From Candidatus Saccharimonadota bacterium (GTDB taxonomy: Bacteria; Patescibacteriota; Microgenomatia; UBA1406; GWC2-37-13), in assembly GCA_016432445.1 (NCBI GenBank), contig CP066689.1:90001-122000 (forward strand): a stretch of 32,000 bases of DNA, read 5' to 3'. Position 1 is the stretch's first letter. The number at the start of each line of letters is the position of its first letter. The notes under the pieces were generated by a model that did not search any database, was not told the DNA's origin, and saw only the letters and a list, made by a program, of their open reading frames with translations. The position numbers and the translations under genes were made by a program. Of the stretch, positions 18,155 to 24,916 are shown in pieces.

Positions 18155-18182
18155 ATTATACCATATATTGCAAATATTGCAA
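18155..18182 (-). promoter_or_regulatory. Near-consensus sigma70-type promoter for the RRM gene
   Basis: Minus strand reads TTGCAA (18182-18177), 16-nt spacer ending TGG, then TATAAT (18160-18155), i.e. an extended -10 TGgTATAAT. The predicted start is about 110 nt upstream of the ATG. The leader ends in an SD-like GGTGA 5 nt before the ATG. Confidence 0.55.
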
Positions 18183-18196
18183 AAATAATCATACTT

Positions 18197-19015
18197 TTAT
18201 AATCGTGGGCGGATGTAGGGACTAATATTAACAAGTTTTTCCCGGAAGCTAAAAATAGCAGAATCATCTCTACCAAGGTAAATTATTGCCGGTTCAGTAT
18301 GATGTATGCGAAATTTTTCAGGGGTATGGGCAGTTTTATCGATTTCATCAGGTGCAAAACGATCAACAAGCATGCCGTTAGATGTTTCATGCGTCCAGCA
18401 AATTTGATCATTATATTCTGATTTTTTTATGCCACTTAAGAGTTGAAGAATTCTTCTTAAGAGTTCTAAGTTTTGTATGATTTCAGGGTGGAGGCTAAGT
18501 TTCATTCCTGCTTCAATATCAGGTCTTAGTGCTCGGTAGAGAACTTCTTCCTCAGGGGTATTGTTTGCAATGAGAGGATTAAGGGCTCCTGTTGGGGGAT
18601 TAAGTGCCGGTGTTACCCTAATGGTTGAAATTCTGACATTATTTAGACCTTTTTCTTTTAAATAATAGTTTAAAGAAAGTTGAAAAAAAATAGCCGATTG
18701 ACGAGTTCTTAATCTATCACTGCAGTAAATATTTACATTTACACCTGCCTGGTTTCTAGAGTCGAGTGTTGTTCCGTATTTATAACCTGTTTCTATAGCT
18801 TGTCTTATTCCGAGTTCATCTAGTGGAGATTCAGTTTTACCGTACTCTGTTGGATGACCATGACGTAAAAAATAAAAGGCGACTGGTGAGGCAAGCATAA
18901 GTTCTTCATCCCCAAAAGGAGCGTCATCCTTTTCCCAATCAGGAAGATTATTATCAACAATTTGTGAATATTTCGGATCAACTCGACAGTCTATGCGTTC
19001 TTTGGTTTGTAACAT
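18197..19015 (-). CDS. Histidine phosphatase superfamily protein (phosphoglycerate-mutase-like)
   Basis: 272 aa. Catalytic RHG motif in FYFLRHGHPTEYG and a later WTHETSNG (His-containing) segment. Substrate unknown. Confidence 0.55.
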   Translation of the reverse strand: MLQTKERIDCRVDPKYSQIVDNNLPDWEKDDAPFGDEELMLASPVAFYFLRHGHPTEYGKTESPLDELGIRQAIETGYKYGTTLDSRNQAGVNVNIYCSDRLRTRQSAIFFQLSLNYYLKEKGLNNVRISTIRVTPALNPPTGALNPLIANNTPEEEVLYRALRPDIEAGMKLSLHPEIIQNLELLRRILQLLSGIKKSEYNDQICWTHETSNGMLVDRFAPDEIDKTAHTPEKFRIHHTEPAIIYLGRDDSAIFSFREKLVNISPYIRPRL

Positions 19016-19111
19016 GGCAATATGTAATAAGTTACTTTAATTACGTAAAGAGTCAGTAAGAAATAAGTAATAGATGGGTAAGAAAGATGGATTGTTTAGA
19101 AATTGTTTTAT

Positions 19112-19185
19112 TGGCTGGGAGACTAGGACTCGAACCTAGATACGCAGATTCAGAGTCTGCGGTCCTACCATTAGACGATCTCCCA
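19112..19185 (-). tRNA. tRNA-Gln (anticodon CTG), CCA encoded
   Basis: Hand fold of the minus strand: acceptor TGGGAGA/TCTCCCA, D arm GTCT-AATGGTA-GGAC, anticodon arm GCAGA-CTCTGAA-TCTGC (anticodon CTG), variable GTAT, T arm CTAGG-TTCGAGT-CCTAG, discriminator G, then CCA. U1:A72 and G73 are typical of bacterial tRNA-Gln. Confidence 0.9.
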
Positions 19186-19227
19186 AATACTTATTATTAT
19201 AGTTTAAAGGGGGGGTAATTACAATCT

Positions 19228-20523
19228 TTAGGCTGTTGATTTGTGCCGATATAATAAGCCGAAGATGACGGGGAAAAGAAGCAAATTTTGCTGGAGGGTA
19301 AGCCAGTAGTGGTCAAACATACCAGTTACTAATACCGCTGCAAAACAGTAATAAAAGCTATAACTTTTATAATCTTTATAAATTTTATAAAGATTATAAA
19401 AAACAAAGCCAAACAAGATTATTCCGGCTTCACTAAGGAAAAGCAATATAATATTATGTACCGGCTGAAGGAAAAAATAAGGATACTTAATAGCAATCTG
19501 ATGTTGAGCAAAAAGATAATCCCCCATTCCCACACCAAATAAAGGATTTTGCCAGATAATCGTTAAAGCATTTTGAAATAAGGTTACACGTTTGTCAAAA
19601 CTTAAAATATCTCCTTTGGCGGAGATAAAAAATAAAGCCAAAATTATTAAAACAAGGATTCTTGAAAAAAAACAGAGACTGCAGTTGAGCCGCAGTTTAT
19701 TTTTTATCAAATAAATAATATTTAAAAATAAATAAGTGATGATTGCGATTTTGGAAAAGGAAAGAAATATAAGGATAGAGGATAAAAAAAGAATCAATGA
19801 TTTTAGATAAACATTAGTAAATTTATTGCCGGTTAAAACAAAAAAATAGATTAAAAGATAAAAGCCTCCCATAGAGTTAGGGTGGGAAAAAGTGCCGTAA
19901 GGGCGTAAGATCTCAACTCCAAAAAGCGATGTTTTAGCAATATCGGGAAGAGACAAGGTAAAATATCGTTCACCAAAAAAATAAAAAATGCCTTGAATTG
20001 AGTGTTTGCTGGCAAACTGCATAATGGATAAAATTACTTCAAAAGAAGCGCCGAGCGCAAAAGCGAATAAAATCATTTTTAAAGATAAGATTTTTTCCTT
20101 AAAAACAAAAAATAATCCAAGAATTTCAATTATCTTTAAAGTTTGGTAAAAGGCAATTGGTTTAACTTGAGAAAATAAAATGTTTAAAGATATTAAAAAA
20201 ATAAAAATCAGAAAAAATTTATTTTTTAATAAATTCCATAAAATTTTAACGTTAAGAAATAAAATTAAGAAAGCTATGATATCGGTAAGATAAATTGTCG
20301 GCGCTAGATAATCGATTCTTACTCCTGAAAGATAGGAAAGAGAAAAGAAAAAATGCTTTCCCAGTTGAGTAGGAAGAAGGAGAATGAAGACAAAAATTAT
20401 TAGATATTCGATGTTCGATATTCGATGATTAACAATATCTAAGATCGAAAATCTAAGATCGAATATCGTTTTAAAAAAGGGTTGCCTGTTTTTCCGTTCC
20501 TTCATTGGTTGCTTTTTCTTCAT
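19228..20523 (-). CDS. O-antigen ligase/polymerase-like (Wzy_C family) polytopic membrane protein
   Basis: 431 aa with 10 or more TM segments. Motifs GTFSHPNSMGGFYLL and LFGVGMGDY are typical of the O-antigen ligase family. The 5' end overlaps the EndoQ gene by 53 nt (35 nt if ATG 20505 is used). Confidence 0.65.
   Translation of the reverse strand: MKKKQPMKERKNRQPFFKTIFDLRFSILDIVNHRISNIEYLIIFVFILLLPTQLGKHFFFSLSYLSGVRIDYLAPTIYLTDIIAFLILFLNVKILWNLLKNKFFLIFIFLISLNILFSQVKPIAFYQTLKIIEILGLFFVFKEKILSLKMILFAFALGASFEVILSIMQFASKHSIQGIFYFFGERYFTLSLPDIAKTSLFGVEILRPYGTFSHPNSMGGFYLLIYFFVLTGNKFTNVYLKSLILFLSSILIFLSFSKIAIITYLFLNIIYLIKNKLRLNCSLCFFSRILVLIILALFFISAKGDILSFDKRVTLFQNALTIIWQNPLFGVGMGDYLFAQHQIAIKYPYFFLQPVHNIILLFLSEAGIILFGFVFYNLYKIYKDYKSYSFYYCFAAVLVTGMFDHYWLTLQQNLLLFPVIFGLLYRHKSTA
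20403..20468. repeat. Two 14-nt-period tandem duplications arranged as an imperfect inverted repeat
   Basis: GATATTCGATG occurs at 20403-20413 and 20417-20427. ATCTAAGATCGAA occurs at 20437-20449 and 20451-20463. GATATTCGAT (20403-20412) is the exact reverse complement of ATCGAATATC (20458-20467). The structure lies just downstream of the EndoQ stop, inside the 5' end of the ligase-like ORF. Confidence 0.7.
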
Positions 20524-21841
20524 TATCTTCTGATTTTACATCACTGTTAATTTTTACGACTCCAAAAACTCCGTCATAACCGGGATCAACAAAAACTTTT
20601 CTTTCTCTTAACGGTTGGATAGCGCATTTTAAATCACGCCCGCCTATTTTTTCAATCTCTTCATAGGATTTTTTTATAAGAATTTCAAATTCTGTTCCCA
20701 GATTATTGATAAGATTTTCGTATTGATTCTCAGCTTTTATTTGCGAGTGATTGTTAATCTCAAGAAGTATTTCAAGAAGGGGAACGAGGGAGACAAATGG
20801 TTTCCTTTTTTTTTCCTTATCATAAACAAAAGTTAAACCTGCATTATTTTTTAAATAAATAAGTTCTTCAGGATTAATTGTCTTATCTGATAAATCAAGA
20901 ACTCTGTTTTCAACGCCGATAGTTAAAGGCTGCTTGCAGACAGGACAGACAGTGCCTTTTTCTTTAACCTCTTGAGCGTTGTAGCGGACGCCGCAGGCCC
21001 GGTGACCGCTCCAGTGATACTTTCCTTCTTCAGGAAAAAACTCAATAGTGTAGCCTATTTTTAATTTGGACTCAGCTTTTTGTTTAATGGCATCGATAAT
21101 ATCTTGATAGGAATAGTTCTGGGTTGTGGGTTCTGAGTTCTGGGATGGGACAAAGACTGTGGTTTCACGGCCCAACTTTGGTCCGGAGTGAGCATCAGAA
21201 AATGAGACAATTGACCGGTTATTTAAATCGTTTATTTGCCAGTTCATAATCGGGTCAGAAGAAAGTCCGGTTTCAACAGCGTAAATATATTTAGCCATGT
21301 TACCAAAACATTCTTCAACTGAATCAAAACCAGATTTGGAGCCAAAGATTGAGTACCAAGGCGTCCAGGCGTGAGCGGGGATTAAAAGTATATTTTCATC
21401 AATCTCCAAAAGCATTTCTAAAACATCCTTAGCAGATATTCCCAGAATCGGTCGCCCATCAGACATGAGGTTGGCGCCACGTTTTTGCAATTCTTTAATT
21501 ATTTTTTCGGCTATTTGAATAGAAGGAGCAAAAACCAGATAATGAATCCGGCGGGTTTTTCCGCCTTGAGAATAAATGCTTGAAATTTCGGTAGAAAGAA
21601 GGAATTTTACATTGTGTAGGGGACGCAGATCTGCGTCCCTTACCAACGAATATATTCCCGGCGAGGTTTCTTTTAATTTAATTTTTATCTCCCGAAAATA
21701 TAATGGGTGCTGCCAGTCTCCGGTAGCCATCAAACCAATGCCTTTTTTACTGGCCCACTCAGCAATACCATCTAAATCCATTTTTTGTGAGACTGCCCGG
21801 GAGTATTTAGAATGCACATGAAGATCAGCAATAATCGGCAT
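20471..21841 (-). CDS. Endonuclease Q family protein (PHP-domain deaminated-base endonuclease)
   Basis: 456 aa. It matches my memory of P. furiosus EndoQ along its length: ADLHVHSKYSRAVS, ATGD, IHYLVFAP, GRPILG, IPAHAWTPW, ETGLSSD, SFSDAHSGPKLGRE, GKYH, zinc knuckle CPVCKQPLTIGVENRV, and C-terminal PGYDGVFGVV. Confidence 0.8.
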   Translation of the reverse strand: MPIIADLHVHSKYSRAVSQKMDLDGIAEWASKKGIGLMATGDWQHPLYFREIKIKLKETSPGIYSLVRDADLRPLHNVKFLLSTEISSIYSQGGKTRRIHYLVFAPSIQIAEKIIKELQKRGANLMSDGRPILGISAKDVLEMLLEIDENILLIPAHAWTPWYSIFGSKSGFDSVEECFGNMAKYIYAVETGLSSDPIMNWQINDLNNRSIVSFSDAHSGPKLGRETTVFVPSQNSEPTTQNYSYQDIIDAIKQKAESKLKIGYTIEFFPEEGKYHWSGHRACGVRYNAQEVKEKGTVCPVCKQPLTIGVENRVLDLSDKTINPEELIYLKNNAGLTFVYDKEKKRKPFVSLVPLLEILLEINNHSQIKAENQYENLINNLGTEFEILIKKSYEEIEKIGGRDLKCAIQPLRERKVFVDPGYDGVFGVVKINSDVKSEDNEEKATNEGTEKQATLF

Positions 21842-21875
21842 ATTAGCTATTTTATCATTTTTTTAAATATTAGCC

Positions 21876-21904
21876 TTGACAACGGCTTTAAAAAGATCTA
21901 TGCT
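21876..21904 (+). promoter_or_regulatory. Sigma70-type promoter of the metalloprotease gene
   Basis: TTGACA (21876-21881), 17-nt spacer, TATGCT (21899-21904), then 10 nt to ATG 21915 with no SD. Confidence 0.5.
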
Positions 21905-21914
21905 GTTTTAGCTA

Positions 21915-22757
21915 ATGAAAAAATTAACTCTGCTTACATTAGTTATAATATCGGCTTTTGTTTTTGTGGTTTCATTTTCAACACAATCACAAGCTCAAAA
22001 AAATTCATCTTCCTCAAGTAGCCGCACTTTTCAACTGCCTAATTCAGCGGTAAAAATAGATGAAAACATATATAAGCTTGGTAAAGCTAAGGATAAAGAT
22101 GGTAAAGAAGTAGAAGGTTATGCCATTATTCATTATAAAAATAAAGGTGCCAAAAACGGTTCAGCTAAGGGTGTAAGAAATCAGTGTTATGGTTTTTTGG
22201 CTGAAGGCGCCAAGTGGAAAAGTGTCGAACCTTGGATTGTTAATCCTGCAAATATTAGAGGTATTACTGACAGCTTTGCATTTAATAATCTAACCGCTAA
22301 TATTGCTAAGTGGGAAGATGCGGCAGATGGCGTTTTAAGCAATGGCAGTGGAGTTGATATTCTAGGTGACGGCTCAATTACTTCCAGTTTTTTGGAGGCC
22401 GATACTGTATCTCCTGACGGTGCCAATGAGATTTATTTTGCAAATGTAACTGATTCAAGCGCAATTGCCGTTACCATCGTCTGGGGTGTTTTCGGGGGGC
22501 CTCGAACTCAAAGAGTCCTAGTTGAGTGGGATCAAGTTTATGATGATGTTGATTACAATTGGTCAGAAACAGGAGAAGCAGACAAAATGGATTTTGAAAA
22601 CATTGCTACTCACGAGCTTGGACACAGTGTCGGGCTTAATGATCTTTATACTTCTAACTGTTCCCAGGAAACTATGTATGGATACGCTTCAAACGGTGAA
22701 ACCAGCAAGAGGGATTTGAATGCAGGGGACATAAAAGGAATATCTACACTTTATTAA
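21915..22757 (+). CDS. Secreted zinc metalloprotease, matrixin/metzincin-like (M10-like)
   Basis: 280 aa. Signal peptide MKKLTLLTLVIISAFVFVVSF, zinc site HELGHSVGLND (HExxHxxGxxD), and a downstream Met-turn candidate ETMYGY. Confidence 0.8.
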   Translation: MKKLTLLTLVIISAFVFVVSFSTQSQAQKNSSSSSSRTFQLPNSAVKIDENIYKLGKAKDKDGKEVEGYAIIHYKNKGAKNGSAKGVRNQCYGFLAEGAKWKSVEPWIVNPANIRGITDSFAFNNLTANIAKWEDAADGVLSNGSGVDILGDGSITSSFLEADTVSPDGANEIYFANVTDSSAIAVTIVWGVFGGPRTQRVLVEWDQVYDDVDYNWSETGEADKMDFENIATHELGHSVGLNDLYTSNCSQETMYGYASNGETSKRDLNAGDIKGISTLY

Positions 22758-22824
22758 ACTTCTTCTATTGAACCACGTGTAATTATTTAATCCTGTCTTT
22801 AAATCGTGATAAAATTAACTTCGT

Positions 22825-23274
22825 ATGAAAGTTATTAACCGTGTGTACAATCGGGAATATGAAGAACTGGAGAAATATGAAGCCGGTATTGCCCTTACTG
22901 GAGGCGAAGTTAAAGAGGTTAAAAAAGGAGGGATAAAGCTTGAAGGTTCATATGTTAAATTGATGGAATCGGGCCCTCATTTGGTGAATGCCGAAATTCC
23001 AGCCTACAAGTATGCTAAAAACGAAAATTATGATCCCAAAAGAAGCCGGAAACTACTTTTGCATAAAGACGAACTAGAGCATATTAGAAGTAAAATTGCC
23101 TCCACGCCAAGTTTGACTGTGATACCTATAGCATGTTATAATAAAGGTAATCTTATTAAGCTAGAAATAGCCTTATCAAGAGGCAGAAAAGATATTGAAA
23201 AAAGGAAAAGAGAGAAAGCGAAAGAAATAAAAAGATCTCAACAAAGAGAAGCAAAAGAGTATATGAAAAATTAA
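22825..23274 (+). CDS. smpB: SsrA-binding protein SmpB
   Basis: 149 aa. YEAGIALTGGEVKEVKKGGIKLEGSYV, RKLLLHKDEL, basic C-terminal tail. Immediately upstream of the tmRNA gene. Confidence 0.93.
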   Translation: MKVINRVYNREYEELEKYEAGIALTGGEVKEVKKGGIKLEGSYVKLMESGPHLVNAEIPAYKYAKNENYDPKRSRKLLLHKDELEHIRSKIASTPSLTVIPIACYNKGNLIKLEIALSRGRKDIEKRKREKAKEIKRSQQREAKEYMKN

Positions 23275-23278
23275 TTTT

Positions 23279-23308
23279 GCCCTCCTTCGCATGAAGCTTC
23301 GGAAGGGC
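23279..23308 (+). terminator. GC-rich imperfect hairpin after smpB
   Basis: GCCCTCC...GGAAGGGC forms a ~7-bp stem with one bulge, starting 5 nt after the smpB stop. No clear U tract, so terminator function is uncertain. Confidence 0.35.
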
Positions 23309-23353
23309 ATAAGAAACTCTAAATTCGAAAAAAGCTCATTAAGAGTTTCTAAT

Positions 23354-23750
23354 GGGGATGATGGGTATCGACGAGGAAATTGCACTTTTAAAAAATGGTT
23401 AGGGCGTACCTATGCGTTAAATGGAAAATTTAACTGCAGATGACGAATCTACAGCTGCCCAAGCTTGGTCATATCGCATGGCACAACCTGCCTATGCATA
23501 TGCATACAATGCCTAAAGCCTCTTTTTTAAGTTTTCCTTGGTTCAACTTAAGATAAGAGATAAACCAATCAAGGTGAGGCGATCAGGAGTTCTCGATTGG
23601 CCTGAAAGTCGAAAAACCCTTCAATCGGTGGCTTGAGACCAAAGGTTTGCTTGTTTTCCTTCTCAAGCGTCAAAAAAAATAATCTATCCCTAACAAAACA
23701 TTTTTAAAATGCTTCTTTGGACGCGGGTTCAACTCCCGCCATCTCCACCC
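23354..23750 (+). ncRNA. ssrA: tmRNA (SsrA), one-piece
   Basis: The 5' end GGGGATGATGGGTATCGACGAGG and the 3' end GGACGCGGGTTCAACTCCCGCCATCTCCACC are nearly identical to the canonical E. coli ends (GGGGCUGAUUCUGGAUUCGACGGG ... GGACGCGGGUUCAACUCCCGCCAGCUCCACCA). A tag ORF lies at 23436-23516. The terminal CCA is not fully encoded (ACCC). Confidence 0.9.
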
Positions 23751-23779
23751 TTCGCCTTCGTGCTTTGCACTCAGGCTTC

Positions 23780-23800
23780 GGAGTGGCACGGCCACACTCC
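23780..23800 (+). terminator. Intrinsic terminator-like hairpin downstream of ssrA
   Basis: GGAGTGGC-acg-GCCAC(a)CTCC forms a 9-bp GC-rich stem with one bulge, followed by GTTTAATT. Confidence 0.5.
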
Positions 23801-23946
23801 GTTTAATTACAGTAGACTTTAAAATCTTTACCAAGAAGGGTGTCCCCAACGTAGCTTGAGCGGAAGCGAAGTGGGACTAAATATTCTTAAACATTGTAGC
23901 TGATAATCTACAGACATTTTCTAAATGAGCAACTATGATTTTCATC

Positions 23947-24183
23947 ATGTACTACGTTTATATTTTAAGACTCAAAGATAATACTTATTATCATGGTTTT
24001 TCAAATAATCTAAAAAACAGAATAAAATATCATCAGGAAGGGAATGTTCCTCAAACAAGAAAATTAAGACCAATTAAATTAATTTATTATTCCGCTTTTG
24101 AATCAAAGAAAAAAGCCTTGGATTTTGAGAAATATTTGAAAACTTTTTCCGGCTTTGCTTTTAGGAATAAAAGGTTAATTTAG
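23947..24183 (+). CDS. Stand-alone GIY-YIG nuclease-domain protein (~78 aa)
   Basis: MYYVYILRLKDNTYYHGFSNNLKNRIKYHQEGNVPQTRKLRPIKLIYYSAFESKKKALDFEKYLK carries the GIY-YIG core (YVYIL...YYHGFSNNL..R...H, and E in FEKYLK). I prefer ATG 23947 because TATGAT lies 7 nt upstream. The stop TAG overlaps the first base of repeat copy 1. Confidence 0.8.
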   Translation: MYYVYILRLKDNTYYHGFSNNLKNRIKYHQEGNVPQTRKLRPIKLIYYSAFESKKKALDFEKYLKTFSGFAFRNKRLI

Positions 24184-24208
24184 TTGAAATTATTTTCGAT
24201 CTTGTTCA
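24183..24208 (+). repeat. 26-nt direct repeat, copy 1
   Basis: GTTGAAATTATTTTCGATCTTGTTCA matches copy 2 at 25/26. On the minus strand it reads, in frame after the protease TAA stop, F-P-E-Q-D-R-K-TAA. Confidence 0.9.
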
Positions 24209-24213
24209 GGAAA

Positions 24214-24675
24214 TTAATTAGCTATCTTGAGTTTATCAATGCTTATGTAGTCGGGGAAATTAAAAGTTACGCAAAAATTACGAAAGAAGCCGACAGTTCC
24301 TAATATAGCTGTTTGCTGAGGCATAGAAGAGGGGAATTTATTATAAGAAAATGCTATAAAATCTTCTACGCTTAGCACATTTCTTTTATCAGCATCACCT
24401 ATTGTAAGTCCTACCTTATGAAGATAAACAATAATTTTTCCTCCGCCAACTCCTGTAACTTCAACTTTGCTACCTGATTTTATGTCAAACCCTAATGCTT
24501 CGCCTATTTCATGATCTACAAATGTAAGTTCTGATCCAGAATCAACTAAACCTAAAGCATACAACATGTTTGATTTATTATTAGGGTTAAATAAACCAAA
24601 TCTGATCCAAGGCAGGACATTTTCTCTTTTCTTATGATTTGGAAAATCTACGACCTTAACGTAAGGAAATATCAT
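24214..24675 (-). CDS. Retropepsin-like (clan AA) aspartic protease
   Basis: 153 aa. Catalytic D-S/T-G motif in ALGLVDSGSELTFV, a beta-rich body, and a C-terminal AILGTVGFFRNFCVTFNF resembling the retropepsin LG.DFL dimerisation strand. The start ATG overlaps the stop of the upstream small ORF (TAATG). Confidence 0.65.
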   Translation of the reverse strand: MIFPYVKVVDFPNHKKRENVLPWIRFGLFNPNNKSNMLYALGLVDSGSELTFVDHEIGEALGFDIKSGSKVEVTGVGGGKIIVYLHKVGLTIGDADKRNVLSVEDFIAFSYNKFPSSMPQQTAILGTVGFFRNFCVTFNFPDYISIDKLKIAN

Positions 24676-24860
24676 TATCCAATAAATATGTTCTCAAAGG
24701 GTGCCGTTTTAAGCATGCTAGGATTTTTCACACCTTTTTTTTTAGCACTAGAAAGAGCTTCTCTTAAAGTTTTTCCTTTAGCGATTACCCTACTATTATC
24801 AGTTGTTAGAGCAAGCCAACCTGATTTATTTCTCTTTAGTACTTTGCTTAAGTCGGTCAT
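24675..24860 (-). CDS. Small protein (61 aa), possibly DUF5678-like, translationally coupled to the aspartic protease
   Basis: MTDLSKVLKRNKSGWLALTTDNSRVIAKGKTLREALSSAKKKGVKNPSMLKTAP... The W-(L/V)-A...(V/I)-(I/V)-A-x-G-x-(T/S)-L-x-E-A...KKG...P pattern matches my recollection of DUF5678. That assignment is unverified. Its TAA stop shares one base with the protease ATG. Confidence 0.4.
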   Translation of the reverse strand: MTDLSKVLKRNKSGWLALTTDNSRVIAKGKTLREALSSAKKKGVKNPSMLKTAPFENIFIG

Positions 24861-24905
24861 TTGAGTTATTTTTTAGAACTTATAATTAAGATACCTTTTT
24901 CGTAA

Positions 24906-24916
24906 TTGATAATCAA
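24906..24916. promoter_or_regulatory. Palindrome TTGAT-A-ATCAA upstream of the small-protein/protease operon
   Basis: TTGATAATCAA lies 46 nt upstream of ATG 24860 on the minus strand. Its arms match those of the palindrome at 25612-25626. Confidence 0.35.

Noticed and set aside
21576-22021. ORFs 21576..21821 (+) and 21812..22021 (+)
   Set aside because: The first is antisense to EndoQ. The second covers the promoter region and the out-of-frame 5' end of the metalloprotease gene. Neither has a motif.
17666-23754. CCACCCTTCG at 17666 as a duplicated tmRNA 3' end (att site) defining a 6-kb island
   Set aside because: Only a 10-nt match. The interval contains housekeeping genes (RRM protein, tRNA-Gln, EndoQ, smpB) and no integrase. 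It is better treated as one member of a dispersed GC-rich motif family.
24634-24864. 76-aa ORF on the plus strand
   Set aside because: It is antisense to the small-protein/protease junction. The minus-strand pair has a coherent TAATG coupling and a catalytic motif.
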